DNA from: Candidatus Aminicenantes bacterium
GTDB lineage: Bacteria > Acidobacteriota > Aminicenantia > Aminicenantales > Aminicenantaceae
Length of the DNA stretch: 57,923 bases
Reading direction: 5' to 3'
Assembly: GCA_004377005.1 (NCBI GenBank)
Contig: SOIV01000268.1
Coordinates: 1 to 57,923 of the forward strand
Position numbers and translations under genes: made by a program. The notes under the pieces are model-generated. The model worked only from the letters and a program-made list of their open reading frames with translations. It did no database searches and was not told where the DNA came from. Below, piece by piece: positions 18,461-26,566 of this stretch (positions are counted from its first letter, which is position 1; every line of letters begins with the position of its first letter).

Positions 18461-21064
18461 CTATTTGACCTCCGGATACAACAGTGCATTGAGCAGAAAT
18501 TTGTATGTTCCATGAGATTGAGCTCTGTGCTGACAGGGAAAACCGATCAGAATGATGTGCCCTTTTTTGTTCTTAATATCAACCACTGCGGCTTTGCGCG
18601 CTATCACATCTTCTCCGAAGAGCCAGCCGCTTAAAAGGATATCATCTTCAGGAAACCTGGCCACAACTTTCCTATCCCATCCTGCAGATGGAGGACGCGT
18701 GCTAAAAGCCATGCTTTGATAAAACATGATTGCAGCCTCTCCTGGCATTCCGTATCCGATAGGCGATTTGTTATCGACTTTGACTCTTAAGATAGAACCA
18801 GGACATGAAAATTTACTCCGGTCAACTCTTTCCAGGGCATTTCCAGCAGGAACTCCGAACTCATTGAAAGCCAATCCGCAGGCACTGTTGAGGGTAACAA
18901 GAATGCCTCCTTGTTCGACAAAGGACTTCAACGCATCGACTCCTTCCTTGCCAATGCCACCTTCATACTCAGGAGGGGTGCTCCCGGAGTAATATCTTGC
19001 ATAGCGCGAGGATGAGCTGCGCCTTCCTGTTTTTATTATATTCGCGTTTTCATCCGCAAAGACGATCACATCATACTTTGCTCTCAGGTTGACTTTCTTC
19101 TTCTTTGTTCCTTTAAAATCCTTATTGTGAAGTGTTGTGTAGGGGATGCTCAAATCATCAAAAACATACCGCGTCCAACCCTCATCCATGTTGGACCTCC
19201 AGGACTGATAGAGGCCGATCCGGAATCTCTTCAAAGAAGCTTTGGGGATATCTGCGATGTTTTTAAGTCCAAAGGCTCTCACATGCCATTTATCCAAAAG
19301 GGCAGGAAGGACTTTCCTTACCTGAGGTGTGTTTTTAACGATAAAACTTCCTGCAGCCGCTTCGAATCCTTCACCTTTGACGATGTCCTTGGAGCGGTAG
19401 ATTTCTGCTTTTGTCTTGATAAGCGAGAAGACGACCGAATAGGAAGTATTGAGCCGGGAATCAAGGACGATATATGATACAGCTTCCTTGGGCGGTGTTG
19501 GAGAAGGGTAAGGAACTTTATCCAACTTTGTGAGATTTGCCTTGAAGGGATTATTGATTTGATCACATTTGATCCCCATCTGTAAGGGAAGAGTCCAGCC
19601 CGCATTGTCGTAAGCCAGTGGAATGAAGGGACCGTTAGGATATTGGCGACGGAGGTCTGGATGTTTTTGTATTTCGAGCAAAGCCTTCACATAAGGTCTG
19701 TAAGGTTGAGACATCAGGATGATAAAAGAGCCAGCTGCGTAGACTTTATCACCAATGATGAAGTCTTCTTTAGCTTGATTGATTTCTACGCCAGCGGACA
19801 TCAGGATGTCGAGCATTCTAAGTGTGGTGGGATAATCACACTGCTTTTTGGGAATGACAAAAGCATACGGCTGGCCTTCCTCTCTTTTTTCGATGGAATC
19901 CTTGCACATTTTGTAAAAGTCATACAAAAACTCTTCCTTGTGGAGATAAGCTGTTTTAACCAGACTGAGGGAAAGGGTCAACTCGTAATCCACGATGTCT
20001 CTCAGCCTCCACCAGCCACCAGGCCATGGGTCCGGAAACTGCATGCTTTTTTCGATATATGATTTTGATATTTCTCCGGCGTCAATATTAATCGGGCTGG
20101 CTACCCTGACAGATGCCGCCTCGCTGAGGAGGCATATGGTGTTGTGAAACCAGGGAGTGTTATCGCAGGCTCCATCCCACCATCCTGCAAAACTTCTTCC
20201 GTAATGGACACCTTTAAGGCCATTCTTCTGGAGGTCATAGGCCATGTTCATCCCGCACAGGGCAACTCCACGCCAGAGAAGAGGATGGACATTGGGGTTG
20301 GGAGGGTTCGCAAAAGGCGGGATCCAAAGACGTGCGCCCGATGAGCCCATCTCGTGTTGGTCGATATGGATTTGAGGAATCCAGTCATGATACATAACTT
20401 TTGTGACTACTTTTGTTTCAGCCAGGTTTAACATGAACCAATCACGATTATTGTCATGACCGGCATAATGTTGATACAGCCAGGGCATACGGCCTCCTTC
20501 ATACTTGGTGCCCACATATTTTCGGTACCAATCAGTTACCATTTGCTGGCCGTCAGGATTAATGGTTGGCGCAATCAGAATGATGACATCTTCCAGAACT
20601 TTATCAGCATCAAAGGGTGTTTTTCCCGTAACTAAGTTGTAGGCAAATTCCATAGCCATCTGAGAGGAGCCGATTTCTGTGGCGTGAAGATTACATGTTA
20701 TAAAAACGATAACCTTACCTTCCTCGGCCAGCTTTCTGGCTTCATCTGAAGTCAGGCCTCTTGCATCTCTCAGTTTTTTGCTTATTCCCCGATAGGTGTC
20801 GAGCTTAGCCATGTTATCTTCGGAAGTTATGACGGCCATGATTATGGGCTTGTTTAAGGTAGATTGGCCGATGGTCAAAACCTTGATTTTTCCCGATTCC
20901 TTATCGAGCTTTTGGAAGTAAGCCTGAATTTGGTTGTAATCAGCAAGCTTGCGGTCTGCACCAACTCTATGGCCTAAGAATTCATCTGGTGTGGTCTGGG
21001 CGATGAGTATAAATGGCAAAAACAATAATAGAAGGCTGGTGAAAGAAAATATTTTTTTTCGCAT
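18461..21064 (-). CDS. Secreted M14-family zinc metallocarboxypeptidase with a large C-terminal extension.
   Basis: NLHATEIG (HxxE Zn ligands) and HDNNRDW motifs, plus a signal peptide from MRKKIFSF. The ORF-track start at 21082 is also possible. Confidence 0.85.
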   Translation of the reverse strand: MRKKIFSFTSLLLLFLPFILIAQTTPDEFLGHRVGADRKLADYNQIQAYFQKLDKESGKIKVLTIGQSTLNKPIIMAVITSEDNMAKLDTYRGISKKLRDARGLTSDEARKLAEEGKVIVFITCNLHATEIGSSQMAMEFAYNLVTGKTPFDADKVLEDVIILIAPTINPDGQQMVTDWYRKYVGTKYEGGRMPWLYQHYAGHDNNRDWFMLNLAETKVVTKVMYHDWIPQIHIDQHEMGSSGARLWIPPFANPPNPNVHPLLWRGVALCGMNMAYDLQKNGLKGVHYGRSFAGWWDGACDNTPWFHNTICLLSEAASVRVASPINIDAGEISKSYIEKSMQFPDPWPGGWWRLRDIVDYELTLSLSLVKTAYLHKEEFLYDFYKMCKDSIEKREEGQPYAFVIPKKQCDYPTTLRMLDILMSAGVEINQAKEDFIIGDKVYAAGSFIILMSQPYRPYVKALLEIQKHPDLRRQYPNGPFIPLAYDNAGWTLPLQMGIKCDQINNPFKANLTKLDKVPYPSPTPPKEAVSYIVLDSRLNTSYSVVFSLIKTKAEIYRSKDIVKGEGFEAAAGSFIVKNTPQVRKVLPALLDKWHVRAFGLKNIADIPKASLKRFRIGLYQSWRSNMDEGWTRYVFDDLSIPYTTLHNKDFKGTKKKKVNLRAKYDVIVFADENANIIKTGRRSSSSRYARYYSGSTPPEYEGGIGKEGVDALKSFVEQGGILVTLNSACGLAFNEFGVPAGNALERVDRSKFSCPGSILRVKVDNKSPIGYGMPGEAAIMFYQSMAFSTRPPSAGWDRKVVARFPEDDILLSGWLFGEDVIARKAAVVDIKNKKGHIILIGFPCQHRAQSHGTYKFLLNALLYPEVK

Positions 21065-21112
21065 TGAATCCTCCCTGAACACATTTAATTTAAAAAAGCA
21101 TTTTTTTTATCA

Positions 21113-22570
21113 TTATTCCTTAATTTTTTGAAACTTCAAATTCTTAACGCGTCCTGCCTGCAGTATAAAACCAATAATTCTTTTTTCTCTATCTCTCTTG
21201 AATTCCAATCTCCTTCTGCCCCAACCAAAGTTATCGGTTGAATACGCAGTAAGAATGCTCGAAGTCTCTCGAAGTTTTAAAACCAAATTATTGTTTTCCA
21301 CATCAAGAATATATGTAATATCGAGTTCGTCACTGTAATAGTTACCGACATATGTCTGCAATTGCGAAGATGTAAGTTTAACAGGCTTGGGCCTTTCTCC
21401 TTGAGGACGCTGCCTCTGCCTAGGAGTTGGAGATTCTGTGAATTGGTCTGCGAGATACAGATCTGCAATTTTTCTTGCGATTCGTCCCGTACTAAAATTA
21501 CTCAGGTTTGACAGGATCACTACAGAAAACCGCTGGTCAGGAAACTGCATATATTGAGCCTGGTACCCGACAGCAGATCCTCCATGACTTACGATTCTTA
21601 GACCGCCGTAGTGGCTTATATTCAGCCCAAAAGCGTACGGGATGACTTCACCGCTGTTTAGCTTCCCGCGAGTCTGCATCATATTGATCAGGTTTTGAGT
21701 GCCATCACCCAATTTATTTTCATAGAAATTCTGATCCCATTTAAGAAAATCTTCTATGGTAGTAAAAACACCCAAATCACCTATCACTTTAAGCCTGAGT
21801 ATATCCAATCTGTATCCGCCTTCTTTCTTTGGAGAATATCCATACGCTCTGTTTTTAACAATCATATTTGGGTCATCATGAAAATGAGTGTTATTCATTC
21901 CGAGCGGATCAAATATATATTTATTTGCAAAGGCGCTTGTTTCCAATCCGCTCACTCGACTAACAATTTCTGAAAGTAAAAAATACCCAGAATTTGAATA
22001 CGAATACTCATCCCCTGGCTTAAAATTGAGTTCTTTCTGCCGCGAGAGCGTTCTAACAAGTTCTTTGGGCGTATAAACATAACCGCTTCCTTCTGGTTTT
22101 CCCATTAATTCCACAAGAGTCAAATATTCCCGCACGCCGCTTGTATGATGCATCAGGTGTCTGAGCTTTATCGGTCCATTATACTCTGGCCAACCAGGGA
22201 TGTATTTTCGGATGTTGTCATCCAGTGATAACTTTCCCTGTTCGGCAAGAATAGCTATACACATGGCAATAAACTGCTTTGAAATAGAACCTATGCGTGA
22301 GGGAGTTTGTGGCGTCCAAGGAAGGGCATACTCAAGATTAGCTATGCCGTAGCCGCGGGCATATATGATTCTTCCGTCTTTAAAAATCCCGACTGCTGCT
22401 CCTGGAGAATCATCCTTATCCCATTGTTTGAACATTTCATCCACTTTGTCTGTAAGAGCATTATGGGTATAGGCTTGATAAGCGACAGCTGTCTGTGCTG
22501 TAACACCAAAAACTAAAACAAAAGATATACAAAATATGAGCCTTATGAGGAATTTATTATTACTATCCAT
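21113..22570 (-). CDS. Secreted serine hydrolase of the class-C beta-lactamase / D-aminopeptidase / PBP family, with an extra C-terminal domain.
   Basis: SISKQ (SxxK), YSNSGY (YxN) and HGG motifs. The start is placed at MDSNNKF; the longer ORF to 22627 is possible. Confidence 0.85.
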   Translation of the reverse strand: MDSNNKFLIRLIFCISFVLVFGVTAQTAVAYQAYTHNALTDKVDEMFKQWDKDDSPGAAVGIFKDGRIIYARGYGIANLEYALPWTPQTPSRIGSISKQFIAMCIAILAEQGKLSLDDNIRKYIPGWPEYNGPIKLRHLMHHTSGVREYLTLVELMGKPEGSGYVYTPKELVRTLSRQKELNFKPGDEYSYSNSGYFLLSEIVSRVSGLETSAFANKYIFDPLGMNNTHFHDDPNMIVKNRAYGYSPKKEGGYRLDILRLKVIGDLGVFTTIEDFLKWDQNFYENKLGDGTQNLINMMQTRGKLNSGEVIPYAFGLNISHYGGLRIVSHGGSAVGYQAQYMQFPDQRFSVVILSNLSNFSTGRIARKIADLYLADQFTESPTPRQRQRPQGERPKPVKLTSSQLQTYVGNYYSDELDITYILDVENNNLVLKLRETSSILTAYSTDNFGWGRRRLEFKRDREKRIIGFILQAGRVKNLKFQKIKE

Positions 22571-22647
22571 AACTCCTCCTTTATAAAAACTTATTGTTAT
22601 CCAATATTTGCAGGCACTACGAGTCATAGATTACTGAAATATTTAGT

Positions 22648-24150
22648 TTATAAATACTTCTCAAGAAGTCCTGTTTTTTCGTTAAATTCCCTGATGAGCT
22701 TGTCCCACTCCGTATAGGAACGATATTTATCTCTCCAGTAGTTCTCATCGTACCATTGGCGGTCCAACTCCTCTACGTCTTTTCCGATTTGTTCAACCCA
22801 GGTGAAGTATTTAAGATTATGCATTCTCTTCTTGTCCCAATAACTGAGTTCGAGCATTTGATCTGTGGTAAGATTCAGGAGGCAGGTATCAAAATCAACT
22901 GCAGCCTGGTTATCTGTATATTCGCCTCTTTCTTCTTGCAATTCTTCAATCCGGGATTGGTAAAGTTCCATAGAGTCGGTGGCTATAGTGAACACGATAT
23001 CATTCTCATTCATCTCATAATACTTAGCCATTTTGATAGAGCCGATGAGGTTGGCGACAGAAGAAATTCCAAGCAGGTGCAATTTATCGATGATTTCCTC
23101 TGAGATGCCTTTTGATTTAAGGTAATTTTTTCCCGAAGGTTCGTTTAACAGCCGCAAAAGCCGAATGCAAAACTCATCATTTATACCGGCGACCATATCC
23201 ATATTTTTCAGATTGTGTATCCAGGGAACATGTTTATCCCCGATGCCTTCAATCCTATGGGCTCCATACCCACTATATAGGAGAGTGGGGCACTGCCAGG
23301 CCTCACCGGCACAGACCTTTATTCTCGGGAATTTTTCTCGTAGATAATCCGCACATCCTAAAGTCCCTGCAGAACCCTGAGTTAAAAATAGGGCAGTAAG
23401 CCTTTGTTTGTCTTTTCTTTCTTTATTGTAGGCTTCTTCAATCGCCTGACCTGTGCATACATAATGCCAGATGGCGTTTCCGATCTCATCGAATTGATTT
23501 AAAATCACGACCTCATCAGGTCGGGCTCTCTTTAATTCGAAACTCTTATCATAAACTTCTTTGACGTTGCTTTCCGAGCCAGGGGTTGCATGGATTTCTG
23601 CCCCAATTTTTTCCAACCATTCAAATCTTTCGCGGGACATCCCTTCAGGTAACACTGCAATGCTTGGACAAGCAAGAAGATAAGAATCATATGCGCCGCC
23701 TCGACAGTAATTTCCTGTAGAAGGCCACAAAGCTTTCTGATTCGTCGGATCAAAAGTACCTCTTACCAGTTTTTCCACAAGAGGTCCGAATGTGGCCCCG
23801 ACTTTATGAGATCCTGTAGGGAAATATTTTCCAATCAGCATTATGATTCTGGCTTTAATGCCTGTTAATTCCTTCGGAATTTCCATGTAATTAACGTCGC
23901 CAAACCCGCCTCCGGATTTTACCGGTTCATTCTTCCATGTGATCCTAAAAAGGTTTCGTGCATGGAGGTCCCATAATCCAATGTTTCGAAGTTCATCTTT
24001 TATGCCCTGGGGAATCTTTTCGGGATGAGCCATTTCCTCATAAGTGGGAATGATGATATCTTTTTCCCTGCATCTCTTAATAGTATTTTCCAATACTTTT
24101 TTTGGTTCTCTCATCTTAGAAATCCTTTTTTTTACAATAATAAAATTCAA
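22648..24150 (-). CDS. Fold-type-II (TrpB/CysK-like) PLP-dependent enzyme with N- and C-terminal extensions. Specificity unknown.
   Basis: PTGSHKVGA resembles the TrpB HTGAHKIN lysine motif, and a glycine-rich QGSAGTLG loop is present. 500 aa. It resembles 'PLP-dependent lyase/thiolase' proteins from memory. Confidence 0.7.
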   Translation of the reverse strand: MNFIIVKKRISKMREPKKVLENTIKRCREKDIIIPTYEEMAHPEKIPQGIKDELRNIGLWDLHARNLFRITWKNEPVKSGGGFGDVNYMEIPKELTGIKARIIMLIGKYFPTGSHKVGATFGPLVEKLVRGTFDPTNQKALWPSTGNYCRGGAYDSYLLACPSIAVLPEGMSRERFEWLEKIGAEIHATPGSESNVKEVYDKSFELKRARPDEVVILNQFDEIGNAIWHYVCTGQAIEEAYNKERKDKQRLTALFLTQGSAGTLGCADYLREKFPRIKVCAGEAWQCPTLLYSGYGAHRIEGIGDKHVPWIHNLKNMDMVAGINDEFCIRLLRLLNEPSGKNYLKSKGISEEIIDKLHLLGISSVANLIGSIKMAKYYEMNENDIVFTIATDSMELYQSRIEELQEERGEYTDNQAAVDFDTCLLNLTTDQMLELSYWDKKRMHNLKYFTWVEQIGKDVEELDRQWYDENYWRDKYRSYTEWDKLIREFNEKTGLLEKYL

Positions 24151-24195
24151 TATGCATGTTGTTTTGCCATAGAAAAAAATGAAGAGCCTAGAATT

Positions 24196-25335
24196 TTAGA
24201 AACCCTCAATCTGTTTCGGGAAGTAATCTTCACAGGTCCCTTCCCGGTAAACATCTGCCGTACAGCAGTGAAGCCCGCCCCCAAATGGTGATACTTTATA
24301 GAACGGGACTGGAACAACTTCAAAGCCATGTTTATCGAACAACTCCATGGTAGGGATCTCACTGGCTTCAACACAGATGGTCTTCGGATCGAGTACAAGA
24401 GTATTCATGCTTAGCCACCAGCTGCAGAAATCCAACGGATATTTCTTCTCGAGAAGCGCTTTTGGGGTTTCCACAATTTCCCAACCATTTTTCTCGAATA
24501 GATCTAATTCTGCCTTATCGAGAGGGGGTCGTGTTGGGTTGATGAGCGCAAGGCCGGGACGAAGCGGTACAAGGGTTGTGTCCATATGCCACGGCAGGAG
24601 TTCTCTACGCCCCACCTTATGGATTCGATGGTCAGGAAAGTGGCGCCCCAGCCAATCAATTCCAGCGTCATTGGTAACCATTGACTTCTGGACAAAAAGG
24701 TCTCTACCGTAGCGGACAACATCGGCAGCATCAAATAGCGGTTCCTTTTCAGAGATTATCCAATCGCCTTTTTCAGCACGTTCCCACTGCTCTTCTTCGC
24801 TTAATGAGTTCCATTCCTTCCACCAGTCTTTCTTGTAAGTGCGTTCTGATAAACGCGGTTTGGGCGCCGCTTCAAAGCGAAAGTTTGGATCCTCTTTGAA
24901 GTATCGTTCGAACAAAGGTCGGTAGCAAAGAAACTCAAACCAGCGGCTATGGTAGGACATCGTCGCTTCCAGAATTTCGTTGCCAACTGTAAGCAGTATG
25001 TCCCGAACAGGTCCGCAGCCAAACATCGTTTCTTGTTTCCAATCAGGGGTTTGAACCATCTGGCTGAAATCGATCGGAGTCGGCCGATCAACGCGAATGC
25101 CACGGCTCTCAAGAATTTTGGCAAAATTGTCTAACTGTTCGTTGGCATTATCTACCATTTCCTGGGGGTAAGGCCCGTATGTGCCCAAGGGGAATCCGTC
25201 TTCGGGCCAATCGCGTTGAATGGCGATCTCAGGAGCCTGGACCATAGTTCCGTCGGCACGACCGAGAATGATATGCTTTAGCGGATCCCATTCATTCCAG
25301 GAATTGACAACTGTTTTTTGGGCTTCTTGAATCAC
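24196..25335 (-). CDS. Amidinotransferase of the L-arginine:glycine amidinotransferase (AGAT/GATM, StrB1) family.
   Basis: Collinear with my recollection of human GATM: NEWDPL..., FDAADV (Asp), PWHMDTT (His), GGGLHCCTADVYR (Cys). GTG start with AAGGAG 6 nt upstream. Confidence 0.88.
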   Translation of the reverse strand: MIQEAQKTVVNSWNEWDPLKHIILGRADGTMVQAPEIAIQRDWPEDGFPLGTYGPYPQEMVDNANEQLDNFAKILESRGIRVDRPTPIDFSQMVQTPDWKQETMFGCGPVRDILLTVGNEILEATMSYHSRWFEFLCYRPLFERYFKEDPNFRFEAAPKPRLSERTYKKDWWKEWNSLSEEEQWERAEKGDWIISEKEPLFDAADVVRYGRDLFVQKSMVTNDAGIDWLGRHFPDHRIHKVGRRELLPWHMDTTLVPLRPGLALINPTRPPLDKAELDLFEKNGWEIVETPKALLEKKYPLDFCSWWLSMNTLVLDPKTICVEASEIPTMELFDKHGFEVVPVPFYKVSPFGGGLHCCTADVYREGTCEDYFPKQIEGF

Positions 25336-25383
25336 TATTTTCTCCTTAAGTAGAATATTGTTAGGTTAGGTATTCACTTCGAA

Positions 25384-25546
25384 ACTATAACAAGTCTCCT
25401 ACTTTTTAAGTATCTAAAAAAATTAAATAAAAAACTTTAGGATGTCAAGCAATAATATCTTTAAATGAAAGTTTATCCAAATTATTAAGCAAAATATGTT
25501 TAATCGTAGCAATAGTAGACTTTCTCATCATCTAAATGTTCAATTG
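25384..25546. repeat. Arm 1 of an inverted ~160-bp duplication (partner at 26252-26415) carrying a promoter and a putative operator.
   Basis: The reverse complement aligns by eye with 26252-26415 at roughly four of five positions. This includes the identical blocks taataatttggata and gatattattgcttgacatcct. Confidence 0.85.
25420..25448 (-). promoter_or_regulatory. Putative sigma-70 promoter for the amidinotransferase operon: TTGACA (25448-25443), 17-nt spacer, TAATTT (25425-25420).
   Basis: Consensus -35 box inside the duplicated module, ~85 nt upstream of the GTG start. Confidence 0.55.
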
Positions 25547-25631
25547 CTGATTTTAGGGATTTGCTCTTTTTATCGTAATATAACGCTGAGTTAGCCTGTT
25601 CTTTCTTCCACTCTATTTACATTTTGGATCA

Positions 25632-26087
25632 TTAAACAGGAATTCGTTTCTCTTCTTTAATGACATTCAGTACAAGGTGCGTCATAGCTCGTTCGATATT
25701 CGATAAAGGGAGTTCTTTCTTTAAAAAATTTGTAAGATCATCACGCCCTTTAAAATAACATACAAGAATCAAGTCCCAATCCCCTGTAACTTCATAGACA
25801 GCTCCAACTTGAGGAAATTTAGCTATCGCTTTCTGAACCTCAATGTCCTTTTCCTGTCTGACACGAAGACTAATAATAGCCGTAAGATCATAACCAACAG
25901 ATTCCGTATCGATAAGAGGAATATACCCTTTTAAAACTCCTGATTTTTCAAGTTTCTTTACTTTATTATAGAGCGTAGTAGGTGAGATTTTGAGCTCTTT
26001 GGCTATCCGACGAAAACTCATCCGTGCATCCCTATTCAGCACGTTTAAAATTTTCCTGTCTAACTCTTCTATCTTCATAGACTTCAT
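25632..26087 (-). CDS. Lrp/AsnC-family transcriptional regulator.
   Basis: 151 aa. N-terminal HTH (LDRKILNVLNRDARMSFRRIAKELKISPTTLYNKVKKLEKSGVL) plus a C-terminal RAM/AsnC_trans_reg domain. Confidence 0.95.
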   Translation of the reverse strand: MKSMKIEELDRKILNVLNRDARMSFRRIAKELKISPTTLYNKVKKLEKSGVLKGYIPLIDTESVGYDLTAIISLRVRQEKDIEVQKAIAKFPQVGAVYEVTGDWDLILVCYFKGRDDLTNFLKKELPLSNIERAMTHLVLNVIKEEKRIPV

Positions 26088-26251
26088 TTCATACTAAATT
26101 ACCAAACATTAATCAGAATGTAAACTTTAGGGAATTCTTTTCGACAATTGTCCTATGCATTTGACATGTAAAATAAGTTATTTCCAGACATCAAACCTTG
26201 CAAATCCCTTCAAAAGAAGCAATAATTATAACATTAAATCTCGAAAACTTT

Positions 26252-26415
26252 CGATTGGACATTTAGATAATAATAACCTCTACTATCTTTACGATTTAAC
26301 ATATTATGTTTAATAATTTGGATAGTTCTTCATTAATGGATATTATTGCTTGACATCCTGACGTTTTTTGCTTATTTTTTTTTAGTAGGTAAAAAGAGTT
26401 GGAGGATTATTATTT
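26252..26415. repeat. Arm 2 of the inverted ~160-bp duplication. It contains the 13-bp palindrome AACATATTATGTT.
   Basis: See 25384-25546. The palindrome aacata-t-tatgtt lies within gatttaacatattatgtttaataat. Confidence 0.85.
26350..26378 (+). promoter_or_regulatory. Putative sigma-70 promoter for the outer-membrane-protein operon: TTGACA (26350-26355), 17-nt spacer, TATTTT (26373-26378).
   Basis: Same architecture and flanks as the promoter at 25420-25448. Confidence 0.55.
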
Positions 26416-26566
26416 CAGTCATCGCGAAAACCACTAATTAAATTTGTAATATTGTTAATTTGATATGAGAGGAGGTGGATAGAATAAAAATGATATGTAT
26501 CTATGAAGGTAAGGGGGAAAGGAAATCTTTCCCAGGGTATGAAAATACAAGGAATAGGAGGTTTAA

